A program made the position numbers and the translations under genes. From Candidatus Eiseniibacteriota bacterium (GTDB lineage: Bacteria; Eisenbacteria; RBG-16-71-46; DASYSL01): a stretch of DNA of 24,079 nucleotides. The stretch is from contig JANPEF010000077.1 of the NCBI GenBank assembly GCA_031431875.1, forward strand, positions 1 to 24,079. The letters run 5' to 3'. Shown piece by piece: positions 8,568 to 17,332 of this stretch. A model generated the notes under the pieces. That model was not told where the DNA came from. It ran no database searches and saw only the letters and a program-made list of their open reading frames with translations. Within the stretch, counting starts at the first letter, position 1; each line of letters begins with the position of its first letter.

Positions 8568-11500
8568 ATGATCGCGCGCACGCTGGTCGGCAGTCTCCTC
8601 GTGGTCCTCGCCGCCGCCTGCGGCCTGCTGGCGCACTGCGCGCCCGCCGCCGCGCAGGGCTTCGGCAAGAACAAGGTCCAGTACCGCACCTTCGAGTGGC
8701 AGGTCATCACCTCCCCGCACTTCGAGGTCTATTACTACGCGGGCGGCGACTCGCTGGCCCTGCGCGTCATGGACCTCGCCGAGAAGGCAAACGTCAAGCT
8801 GACGCGCGACATGGGGCACATCCTCACCAAGCGCGTACCCATCATCCTCTACATCTCGCACAACGACTTCGCGCAGACCAACGTGACCACCGAGTTCCTC
8901 GACGCGGGCACGGGCGGGTTCACCGAACTGCTCAAGAATCGGGTCGTGCTGCCGTTCACCGGCTCGTACGAGGAATTCCGCCACGTCGTCGTCCACGAGC
9001 TCGTCCACGCCTTCATGTTCGACATGCTGTACTCCAACGGATTGCCCTCGTTCGTCACCGCCCAGAGCATCGTCAGCGTGCCGCTCTGGTTCGCCGAGGG
9101 CATGGCCGAGTGGCTGTCGATCGGCTGGGAGCCGAATGCCGACATGTTCATGCGCGACGGGACGATCGCCGGCTACCTGCCGCCGCTGCCGTACGGCGGC
9201 GGCTACCTCGTCTACAAGGAGGGGCAGGCCGCCATGCGCTTCATCGAGGAGCGCTATGGCCCGGATCGGATTCGCGACATTCTCGCGAAGCTCAAGTTTC
9301 ACCGGAACTTCGACCGCGCGTTCGAGGTCGCGATGGGCACCACCGTGATCAAGTTCGACGAGGACTTCCAGTCGTGGCTCAAGAAGAAGTACTGGCCGAG
9401 CGTGGCCGATCGCGACGGACCCGAGCAATTCGCCCGCCGGCTGACCGACCACCGGCGCGACCGCTCCAACATCAACATGGCCGCCGCCGTTTCCCCCCTG
9501 GGCGATCGTGTCGCCTACATCTCCGACCGCCGCAACTACACGGACATCTACATTCTCTCCTCGCTCGACGGAAAAGTGCTCAAGCGGGTGATCCGCGGCG
9601 ACACGAACCGGCAATTCGAGAGCGTCCCGTCGTTCCGCTCGAGCCTGTCGTGGTCGCCGGACGGCAAACGCCTCGCTTTCGTGGCCAAGGCTCAGGCACG
9701 GGACGTGATCTACGTGGTCGAGGCCGACAAGGGTGGCAGGATCGTCCGCCAGCACCAGCTCGACTTCGACGCGGTGTCCTATCCCACGTTCTCCCCGGTC
9801 GCCGAGACGATCGCGTTCATGGGGGTCAAGAACGGCCGCAGCGACATGTACCTGGTGAGCGAGCAGGGGGTGTTGACCCGGTTGACCGACGACACGTGGG
9901 ACGAGAAGGAACCGACATGGTCACCCGACGGCAAGCGCATCGCTTTCTCGTCGGATCGCGGCAACCCGATGCTGCTCACTGCGGGCTGGCCCGACGGGAA
10001 GGGATTCGGCGAGTATGACCTCTTCGAGATGACGGTCGCCGACCGTTCGACTCTCCCGCTCGTGCGCACCGCCGGCGACGACGGCACGCCTGCCTACGCG
10101 CCGGACGGGCAGAGCCTGCTCTTTGTCTCGGATCGCGGTGGAGCCCGGAACGCCTACCTGTACGACCCGGCCGACTCGACGATCCTGCAGCTGACCGACC
10201 TGATCGGTGGCATCTACTCGCTGTCGTGGTCGCAGGACAACGATCGCGTCGTGTTCTCCGCCTTCAACCATGGCGGGTGGGACATTTTCGTGGCCAAGGA
10301 GCCGCTGTCGCTGGGGGCGGTTCGCACCCGGCTGGCAGCGCGTTCGCCGGAGTCCGTCCTCACTTTGAACGAGGCCACGATCCCCGTGGCCCTGCAGCCC
10401 AGGGCGGTCATCGACTCGACCCGCGGCGCGCTCGCGCCGATCTGGCCGGACACGCTCGGGGCACGAACGTCCGAGCCGCTGGCGCCGGACGCGTTCGCAT
10501 TGGGTCGGCCCGGGCTCAACCCGCCTGCGGATTCGGCGGCCGCGGGTTGGCGCGAGCTCGGCGTTCCCGGAATGACCAGTTACGGTGAGCGACTGATCGC
10601 CTTCGCGGACAGCGTCGCGATCGTGGACAGCATGAAGACCGCGCGCGCCCAGATCGACCTCGAGCGCGTGGACGCGCCGTTCCTGCTGCCCGACAGCCTG
10701 CTGGCGCAGGAGCCGCAGCGCTATCGTCGGAAGTTCTCGACCGAGTTTGCCGGGGGACAGGTGGGGTTCAACTCGTCGTTCGGCCTGGCCGGGACGACGG
10801 CGCTGTCGATGTCGGACTTTCTCGGCAACGATCGCTTCTACATCTCGGCCGACATCTTCGCCGGCTCGCTCGAGGAGACGAACCTCCTCGCGTACTATTT
10901 CCACATGCCCAAGCGCTGGGATTACGGCTTCGGCGTGTTCCATTACAAGAGCTACTACTTCTCGCGCACGACTGCGCTCGGAGAGTCGTTCACCGAGGCG
11001 CGACGGTTCTCCGATCGCAACGTGGGATTCGCCGGGCTGTTGTCCTACCCGCTCGATCGCTTCCGGCGCTATGACTTCAGCCTCACCCAGATGGTCGTCG
11101 ACCGCTCCTACTTCACGCAGGATCGCTTCGGCTACCTGTATCGCACGGGCAGCGAGCTGCGCACCGTCACCGCGCCGTCCGCCGCCTTCATCAATGACAA
11201 CGTCCTCTACGGTTACTACGGCCCGGTGAGCGGATCGCGCTGGTACGTCTATGCGACCGACGCAGTCCCGCTGTTCCCCAAGAGCCTGTCGTACTTCAGC
11301 AGCGCGGTCGACTGGCGGCGCTACTTCCCGCTCATCCCCGAGTACGAGTTTGCCGTGCGCGCCGAGTGGCTGCGTTCGAGCGGCCGCGACCGGCAGGTCT
11401 TCGAGCTCGGGGGCTACTCGACGATCCGCGGCTACGAGGACTTCTCGCTGCTCGGTTCCAACGCGCTCTTCGCCAACTTCGAATTGCGCTTTCCGTTCAT

Positions 11501-11786
11501 CAACGCGCTGGGCGTCGTCGGGCCGCTGCCGCTCGGCGTGTTCAACCTGCGAGGCGCGATCTTCGCCGACGTGGGCGGCGTGTGGAACGACGACTCGGGC
11601 TTCCGCTGGACCGAGACCGACCCGGTCACCGGGTACCGCAGCGCGCGCGACCTGTACTCCTCGGCGGGCGTCGGTGCGCGCTCCTACTTCGGCTACCTGC
11701 TGCTCAAGCTCGACGTCGCGTGGCCCTATTACCTCGACCGCTGGGGCAGTGCCCGCTACCACTTCTCGCTGTCGCCCCAGTTCTAG
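8568..11786 (+). CDS. Omp85-family protein: N-terminal zincin peptidase (MA-like) domain + TolB/PD40 beta-propeller + Omp85 barrel
   Basis: Signal peptide ending AAA-QGFGKNKVQY. HELVH-x29-E (WFAEGMAE). Six PD40-like repeats (VSPLGDRVAYISD, WSPDGKRLAFV, FSPVAETIAF, WSPDGKRIAFSSDR, YAPDGQSLLFVSDR, WSQDNDRVVFS). Barrel motifs LGGYSTIRGY, NFELRFP, LKLDVAWP and terminal YHFSLSPQF. GGAG RBS upstream. Confidence 0.85.
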   Translation: MIARTLVGSLLVVLAAACGLLAHCAPAAAQGFGKNKVQYRTFEWQVITSPHFEVYYYAGGDSLALRVMDLAEKANVKLTRDMGHILTKRVPIILYISHNDFAQTNVTTEFLDAGTGGFTELLKNRVVLPFTGSYEEFRHVVVHELVHAFMFDMLYSNGLPSFVTAQSIVSVPLWFAEGMAEWLSIGWEPNADMFMRDGTIAGYLPPLPYGGGYLVYKEGQAAMRFIEERYGPDRIRDILAKLKFHRNFDRAFEVAMGTTVIKFDEDFQSWLKKKYWPSVADRDGPEQFARRLTDHRRDRSNINMAAAVSPLGDRVAYISDRRNYTDIYILSSLDGKVLKRVIRGDTNRQFESVPSFRSSLSWSPDGKRLAFVAKAQARDVIYVVEADKGGRIVRQHQLDFDAVSYPTFSPVAETIAFMGVKNGRSDMYLVSEQGVLTRLTDDTWDEKEPTWSPDGKRIAFSSDRGNPMLLTAGWPDGKGFGEYDLFEMTVADRSTLPLVRTAGDDGTPAYAPDGQSLLFVSDRGGARNAYLYDPADSTILQLTDLIGGIYSLSWSQDNDRVVFSAFNHGGWDIFVAKEPLSLGAVRTRLAARSPESVLTLNEATIPVALQPRAVIDSTRGALAPIWPDTLGARTSEPLAPDAFALGRPGLNPPADSAAAGWRELGVPGMTSYGERLIAFADSVAIVDSMKTARAQIDLERVDAPFLLPDSLLAQEPQRYRRKFSTEFAGGQVGFNSSFGLAGTTALSMSDFLGNDRFYISADIFAGSLEETNLLAYYFHMPKRWDYGFGVFHYKSYYFSRTTALGESFTEARRFSDRNVGFAGLLSYPLDRFRRYDFSLTQMVVDRSYFTQDRFGYLYRTGSELRTVTAPSAAFINDNVLYGYYGPVSGSRWYVYATDAVPLFPKSLSYFSSAVDWRRYFPLIPEYEFAVRAEWLRSSGRDRQVFELGGYSTIRGYEDFSLLGSNALFANFELRFPFINALGVVGPLPLGVFNLRGAIFADVGGVWNDDSGFRWTETDPVTGYRSARDLYSSAGVGARSYFGYLLLKLDVAWPYYLDRWGSARYHFSLSPQF

Positions 11787-11799
11787 TGAGGCGACCCGG

Positions 11800-14067
11800 G
11801 TGGTGATCGACACGGACCTCAACGACCCGCAGCTCGCCGCCGTGACGCACGGCGACGGGCCCCTGCTCGTCCTGGCGGGAGCCGGCTCCGGCAAGACTCG
11901 CGTGCTCACGCGACGCATCGCCTGGCTGCTGGCCGAGGCCGGCGTGCCCGCGCACGGAATCCTCGCCTTCACCTTCACCAACAAGGCCGCGCGCGAGATG
12001 CGCGGGCGCATCGTGACACTGGTCGGCGCGCCGACGGCACGGGCGCTGTGGGTCGGCACGTTCCACGCCACCTGCGCGCGCCTGCTGCGCCAGGAGGCCG
12101 TCGCGGCGGGCCTGCCCCCGGCCTTCACGATCTATGACCGCGACGACCAGCTTGCGGTCCTCAAGCGGGCGCTGGCCGACGCGGACGTCTCCGACGACGT
12201 GAAGCCGGCCGCGATCCTCTCGCGCATTTCGGCGGCGAAGAACGCGTTCGTCGATCCCGACGGGATGCTGCGCGCCGCGGTCGGCGACCTGGATCGGCGG
12301 GTGGCACGGATCTACGCCGCCTACGAGCAGGGCCTCGAGCGGGCGGGGGCCGTCGACTTCGACGACCTGATCGTGCGCACGGCGCGCCTGCTCGAGGACG
12401 TGCCGGACGTGCGAGCGCGCTACGCCGGTCGCTTCCGCCACGTCCTGGTCGACGAGTACCAGGACACCAATCACGCGCAGTTCAGGCTCGTTGCCGCGTT
12501 CTCCTCGACCCACGGAAATGTCACCGCGGTCGGGGACGACGACCAGAGCATCTACGGCTGGCGCGGGGCGGACCTGTCCAACGTGCTCGACTTCGAGCGC
12601 CGCTTCCCCAGGGCGGAGCTCATCCGCCTCGAGCAGAACTACCGTTCGAGCGGCAACATCCTCGCCGCCGCCTCGGCGGTCATCGCCCACAACCGGGCGC
12701 GCAAGGGCAAGACGCTGTGGACCACGCGCGACGCGGGGCCGCGGTTGCGTCTCGTGCTGTCGGGCGACGAGCAGGCCGAGGGCGATCGTGTCGCGCGTGA
12801 GGCGCGCCGCGTGCTCGAGCGCGGCGGCAAGCTCGCCGACGTCGCAGTGTTGTTCCGCACCAATGCCCAGTCGCGCGCGCTCGAGATCGCGTTTCGCCGT
12901 GTCGGCGTACCCTACGAGCTGGTCGGTGGCGTGTCGTTCTACGAGCGGAAGGAAGTGAAGGACGTCCTCGCCTACCTGCGCGCCGCGCTCAACCCGCGCG
13001 ACGCAGTCGCCTTCCTGCGCGTCCTCAACGTGCCGCGGCGCGGGCTCGGTGACAAGGTCCGTGGGCTCGTCGAGGCAGGCGTGGCGGCCGGGCACACCGG
13101 GGCCGAGGCGCTCACTGCCGCGCTCGATAACGGTGGCGTGGCCGGCGTGGCGGGCTCGCGCGCACGACAGTTCCTCGACCTCCTCGACGACCTCAAGCGG
13201 CGCAGTGGCGAGCCGGCCAACCGCCTGATCGAGGAAACGCTCGAGCGCACCGGGTACCTGCAGGCGCTCGACGACGCGTTCCCGCAGGACGCGCCCGACC
13301 GACGCGAGAACGTGGGCGAACTGGTCGTCGCGGCGCGACAGTTCGCCGAGCGCGGCAACGATGCCGACGGCGACGCGGCGGTCGCCGAGGGCGGGGGCTC
13401 GCTCGAGGCGTTCCTCACCGAGGCGGCGCTGGTGGCCGACGTCGATCGCTGGTCCGCGGACGACGATCGCGCGGTGCTGCTCACCATGCACAATGCCAAG
13501 GGCCTCGAGTTCCCGACCGTGATCGTGGCCGGGCTCGAGGAAGGCCTCTTGCCACACGTCTCGTCGCTCGACGACGATGCGGAGATCGAGGAGGAGCGGC
13601 GCCTTTTCTACGTGGCCTTGACGCGCGCGGAGCAGGAGGTCATTCTGAGCGCCGCCTCGTTCCGTCGGCGCTGGGATCGCACCGGCGCGGCCGAACTGTC
13701 GCGCTTCGTGCGCGAGATTCCACCCGAACTGCTGGCGGTCGACAATCCGGTGCCGGTGCGCCCGACGTTCGGTCGCCCGTCGTTCAGTTCGTCGTCGGGA
13801 GACGGGTCCGGTCGTTCGTCGACCTCGCCGGGCTGGAGCGGCCAGGATGGCATGCGGGTCGCCTCGCCGTCGTTGCCGGGTGGAGGCAATCGCAAGGACC
13901 CGACGATCGGCAAGCGGGTCGAACACGACAAGTTCGGACGCGGTCGCGTCATCGGCGTCGATGGTCACGGTGCGGACCGCAAGTTCACGATCGAGTTCCA
14001 GGACGGCGAGACGCGCAAGATCCTGGGACGATTCCTCACGGGACTCGATGATGGCTCTGACGGATGA
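11800..14067 (+). CDS. pcrA: ATP-dependent DNA helicase PcrA/UvrD
   Basis: LNDPQ Q-motif, Walker A AGAGSGKT, TFTNKAAREM, VDEYQDTN, VGDDDQSIYGWRGA, LEQNYRS, TMHNAKGLEF, EEERRLFYVALTRA and a C-terminal Tudor-like HDKFGRG domain. Real start is GTG 11800 or 11803 after GAGG, not 11251. Confidence 0.95.
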   Translation: MVIDTDLNDPQLAAVTHGDGPLLVLAGAGSGKTRVLTRRIAWLLAEAGVPAHGILAFTFTNKAAREMRGRIVTLVGAPTARALWVGTFHATCARLLRQEAVAAGLPPAFTIYDRDDQLAVLKRALADADVSDDVKPAAILSRISAAKNAFVDPDGMLRAAVGDLDRRVARIYAAYEQGLERAGAVDFDDLIVRTARLLEDVPDVRARYAGRFRHVLVDEYQDTNHAQFRLVAAFSSTHGNVTAVGDDDQSIYGWRGADLSNVLDFERRFPRAELIRLEQNYRSSGNILAAASAVIAHNRARKGKTLWTTRDAGPRLRLVLSGDEQAEGDRVAREARRVLERGGKLADVAVLFRTNAQSRALEIAFRRVGVPYELVGGVSFYERKEVKDVLAYLRAALNPRDAVAFLRVLNVPRRGLGDKVRGLVEAGVAAGHTGAEALTAALDNGGVAGVAGSRARQFLDLLDDLKRRSGEPANRLIEETLERTGYLQALDDAFPQDAPDRRENVGELVVAARQFAERGNDADGDAAVAEGGGSLEAFLTEAALVADVDRWSADDDRAVLLTMHNAKGLEFPTVIVAGLEEGLLPHVSSLDDDAEIEEERRLFYVALTRAEQEVILSAASFRRRWDRTGAAELSRFVREIPPELLAVDNPVPVRPTFGRPSFSSSSGDGSGRSSTSPGWSGQDGMRVASPSLPGGGNRKDPTIGKRVEHDKFGRGRVIGVDGHGADRKFTIEFQDGETRKILGRFLTGLDDGSDG

Positions 14068-14353
14068 CGACGTCGAGGCGGTGGCCCGCCTCGCCCGGAT
14101 CGCGATCACGCCCGCGGAACGCGCAAAGCTGCGCGTCGACCTGTCGGCGGTGCTTGACTACGTGCGAACGCTCGACGCGCTCGGGGTCGACGGTGAGGAA
14201 CCGCTGTCGCACGTGAACGAACGCTTCGCCCTTCCGCGCGCGGACACCGCGCGCCCCGGCGCCTGCCTCGACCGGGCCGTCGTGCTCGCCCAGGCGCCGT
14301 CCGCCGACGCGACCCACTTCCTCGTGCCGCCCGTCGTCGATACCCGCGAATGA
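14051..14353 (+). CDS. gatC: Asp-tRNA(Asn)/Glu-tRNA(Gln) amidotransferase subunit C
   Basis: MALTDDDVEAVARLARI..VLDYVRTL..EPLSHV..RAD..AP..HFLVPPVV, about 100 aa, directly upstream of gatA. Start is ATG 14051 or 14048. Confidence 0.93.
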   Translation: MALTDDDVEAVARLARIAITPAERAKLRVDLSAVLDYVRTLDALGVDGEEPLSHVNERFALPRADTARPGACLDRAVVLAQAPSADATHFLVPPVVDTRE

Positions 14354-15864
14354 GCGCCGAGCGTCCATTCTGGCAGTGGTCGGCGGGGGAGATCGCGGAC
14401 GCGGTTGATCGTGGCACCGTGGCGATCGATGACGTGGTCGCCGCGCACGAAGCGCAGGCCGACCTGTGGGATCCGCTCGTCCACGCGTTCCTCCATCGGA
14501 TTCGCGGCGGGCGTCGCCCGACCGCGGCGGAGCGGGCCGGCGGCGTGGCCGACGATCCGTTCGATCTCGCCGCTGTTCCCGTTCCGCGGCGACCGCTGCT
14601 GTCGGGCGTGCCGGTCGCGCTCAAGGACAACCTGTGCACGCGCGGCGTGCCCACCACGTGCGGCTCGAAGATCCTCGAGGGCTATGTTCCCCCGTACGAT
14701 GCGACCGTCGTGCGTCGGCTCCTGGCACACGGGGCCGTGATCACGGGCAAGACCAACCTGGACGAGTTCGCCATGGGCTCCTCGACGGAGAACTCGGCCT
14801 ACGGCACGTCGCGCAATCCGTACGACCCGACGCGCGTGCCCGGAGGCTCCTCCGGCGGCTCGGCCGTCGCGGTGGCAACGGGCGCCGCGACGATCGGCCT
14901 CGGTTCCGAGACCGGTGGTTCGGTGCGGCAGCCGGCGGCGTTCACCAACCTGCTCGGGCTCAAGCCGACCTATGGACGCCTGTCCCGCTACGGCCTCGTC
15001 GCCTTCGGCTCCTCGCTCGACCAGGTCGGCGTGTTCGCGCGCTCGGCGGCCGACGGGGCACGAGCGTTCTGCGCCATCGCCGGGCCTGATCCGAACGACG
15101 CCACCACGCTGCCCGAGCCGGTGTTCGATTTCGACGGGCTCGACCTGGGGCCGGCCACGGCCGAGGGCCTGGTCATCGGTGTGCCGCGCGCGCTGCTCGC
15201 CGACGGGCTCGACGAGGACGTGGCCGACGGCCAGCGCACCGTCGAGCTTGCCCTGCGGGCGGCGGGCGCGACCGTGCGCGAGGTCACGCTGCTGCCGCCG
15301 TCGTCGTGGGTGGCCACGTACTACCTGCTCGCCACCGCCGAGGCATCGTCGAACCTGGCGCGCTTTGACGGCGTGCGCTACGGACCGCGCGCGGCGGCCG
15401 ACGACGTGCTGTCGCTCTACGAGAACTCGCGCGAGGCCGGCTTCGGTCCCGAGGTGAAGCGGCGCATCCTGCTCGGGACCTACGCGCTGTCGGCGGGCTA
15501 CTACGACGCGTACTACGGCAAGGCGCAGAAGGCGCGGCGGCGCATCCAGGCAGATCTCCTGACTGCGCTCGAGGGCTGCGACGCGTTGCTGTTTCCGACC
15601 ACGCCCACGCCTGCATTCGAGATCGGGGCCAAGGTCGACGACCCCCTTGCCATGTACTTGTCCGACATCTTCACCATTGGCGCGAACCTGGCGGGCCTGC
15701 CGGCTCTGTCGGTCCCCGCCGGTTTCACCGGCGGGGGGTTGCCGGTCGGCGTCCAGTTCACCACGCGCGCCTGCCGCGAGGACCTCCTGTTCCGCCTCGC
15801 CGCCGCGCTCGAGCACCAGCTCACCGACCCGAGGGAGAGACGATGGCCTACGAAACGGTCCTAG
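14350..15864 (+). CDS. gatA: Asp-tRNA(Asn)/Glu-tRNA(Gln) amidotransferase subunit A
   Basis: GVPVALKDN, GKTNLDEFAMGSSTENS, PGGSSGGSA, ETGGSVRQPA, SSNLARFDGVRYG, GFGPEVKRRILLGTYALSAGYYDAYY. ATGA overlap with gatC. Confidence 0.97.
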   Translation: MSAERPFWQWSAGEIADAVDRGTVAIDDVVAAHEAQADLWDPLVHAFLHRIRGGRRPTAAERAGGVADDPFDLAAVPVPRRPLLSGVPVALKDNLCTRGVPTTCGSKILEGYVPPYDATVVRRLLAHGAVITGKTNLDEFAMGSSTENSAYGTSRNPYDPTRVPGGSSGGSAVAVATGAATIGLGSETGGSVRQPAAFTNLLGLKPTYGRLSRYGLVAFGSSLDQVGVFARSAADGARAFCAIAGPDPNDATTLPEPVFDFDGLDLGPATAEGLVIGVPRALLADGLDEDVADGQRTVELALRAAGATVREVTLLPPSSWVATYYLLATAEASSNLARFDGVRYGPRAAADDVLSLYENSREAGFGPEVKRRILLGTYALSAGYYDAYYGKAQKARRRIQADLLTALEGCDALLFPTTPTPAFEIGAKVDDPLAMYLSDIFTIGANLAGLPALSVPAGFTGGGLPVGVQFTTRACREDLLFRLAAALEHQLTDPRERRWPTKRS

Positions 15865-17306
15865 GCCTCGAGGTCCACATCCAGCTCGACACGCGGAGCA
15901 AGCTGTTCTGCTCCTGCCCGAACGAGTTTGCGGGCGAGGCGAACACACGCGTCTGCCCGGTGTGCCTTGGCCTTCCGGGCGCGCTGCCAGCGCTCAACGG
16001 CGAGGCCGTCCTCGCCGTCGCGCGCCTGGGCCTGGCGCTCGGTGCCGAGGTTCACGCGCGCTCGGTGTTCGCGCGCAAGAACTACTTCTATCCCGACATG
16101 CCGAAGAACTACCAGATCTCGCAGTACGACAAGCCGATCGTCACCGGCGGGCACCTCGACATCGGCACCTCGCGCGCGCCGCGGCTGGTGCCGATCACGC
16201 GCGTGCACCTCGAGGAGGACACCGGCAAGTCGCTGCATCCCGAGGTGCAGGGCGATCGCGACGAGACGCGGCTCGACTTCAACCGGGCGGGCGTGCCGCT
16301 GGCCGAGATGGTGTCGGAGCCGGCGATGTCCACACCCGAGGATGCGTTCGCCTACCTGACGACGCTGCGCCGCCTCGTGCGCTGGCTCGGAATTTCCGAC
16401 GGCGACATGGAGAAGGGGAGCCTGCGCTGCGATGCGAACGTGTCGCTGCGCCCGGCGGGGACGCTGCCGCTCGGCACGCGCTGCGAGATCAAGAACCTGA
16501 ACTCGATCGCCGGCGTGCGCAACGCGATCGCCGCCGAGATCGAGCGCCAGCGTGGCGTGCTCGAGTCGGGCGGACGCATCATCCAGTCGACGCTGCTGTG
16601 GGACCAGGACAAGGAACGCTTGCAGGTCATGCGCACCAAGGAAGAGGCGCACGACTACCGCTACTTCCCCGAGCCCGACCTGCCGCCGTGCACCCTCGAG
16701 CCGGCCGAGATCGAACGCCTGGTCGCCGGCGCGCCCGAACTGCCGCTGGCCCGCGCCCGTCGCTTCGAGGACACGCTCGGCCTCTCGGCCTACGACGCCG
16801 CACTGCTGACCGAAACGCGCGAACTCGCGGCCTACTTCGAGGAGACCGTCGCCGCCGGCGCGGCGGCGAAGGCGGCGGCGAACTGGATCGGCAACGACGT
16901 GCTGCGGACCATGAGGGAGCGGGGCGAGGATCCCGAGGCGTTCCGTGCGGTGCTGCCGCCGGCGCGCCTGGCCGCGCTGGTGGCGCTGGTGACCGACGGT
17001 ACGTTGTCGTCGCGGCTGGCCAAGGACTTGTTCGCCGTGTTGCTGGTCGAAGCCGGCGAACCCGCCGGGCTCGCCCGGAAGCATGGCCTGGTGCAGGAGG
17101 CCGATCCCGGAGCGCTCGGCACCGTGGCCGAAGCGGTTCTCGCCGCGAACCCGGGGGTCGTGGCCGAGTACCTCGCGGGGAAGGAGAAGGCGCTGACCTT
17201 TCTCGTGGGACAGTTGATGAAGGAGACGAAGGGACGCGCGCAGCCGCAGATGGCGCAACAGCTTCTGCGTGACGCCCTATCCCGGCGAAGCCCGGCTTCC
17301 ACCTAG
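15843..17306 (+). CDS. gatB: Asp-tRNA(Asn)/Glu-tRNA(Gln) amidotransferase subunit B
   Basis: GLEVHIQL, CPVCLGLPGALP, RKNYFYPDMPKNYQISQY, HLEEDTGK, DFNRAGVPL, GSLRCDANVS, EIKNLNS, RTKEEAHDYRYFPEPDLPP. Confidence 0.97.
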   Translation: MAYETVLGLEVHIQLDTRSKLFCSCPNEFAGEANTRVCPVCLGLPGALPALNGEAVLAVARLGLALGAEVHARSVFARKNYFYPDMPKNYQISQYDKPIVTGGHLDIGTSRAPRLVPITRVHLEEDTGKSLHPEVQGDRDETRLDFNRAGVPLAEMVSEPAMSTPEDAFAYLTTLRRLVRWLGISDGDMEKGSLRCDANVSLRPAGTLPLGTRCEIKNLNSIAGVRNAIAAEIERQRGVLESGGRIIQSTLLWDQDKERLQVMRTKEEAHDYRYFPEPDLPPCTLEPAEIERLVAGAPELPLARARRFEDTLGLSAYDAALLTETRELAAYFEETVAAGAAAKAAANWIGNDVLRTMRERGEDPEAFRAVLPPARLAALVALVTDGTLSSRLAKDLFAVLLVEAGEPAGLARKHGLVQEADPGALGTVAEAVLAANPGVVAEYLAGKEKALTFLVGQLMKETKGRAQPQMAQQLLRDALSRRSPAST

Positions 17307-17332
17307 TTTGTGGCGAGTCGCCCCACCCCACC

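Noticed and set aside
9480..10270. Recurring TGGTC(G/A)CC(G/C)GACGG-like DNA repeats
   Set aside because: They encode the WSPDG propeller repeats and are not a CRISPR array or mobile repeat.
11251..11799. N-terminal extension of the helicase ORF (likewise 4242-4526 for tamB, 13847-14047 for gatC, 19633-19818 for tsaC)
   Set aside because: These overlap the upstream gene in another frame and have low-complexity translations. Downstream starts with RBS-like sequences match where family homology begins.
13759..14067. Ser/Gly-rich linker and small extra C-terminal domain on the helicase
   Set aside because: This is the normal flexible linker and Tudor-like RNA-polymerase-binding domain of PcrA/UvrD.
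17304..17332. TAGTTT hexamer and small GGCG-AGT-CGCC hairpin between gatB and the LarA-like gene
   Set aside because: No matching -35, the stem is very short and there is no U-tract. Not supportable as a promoter or terminator.
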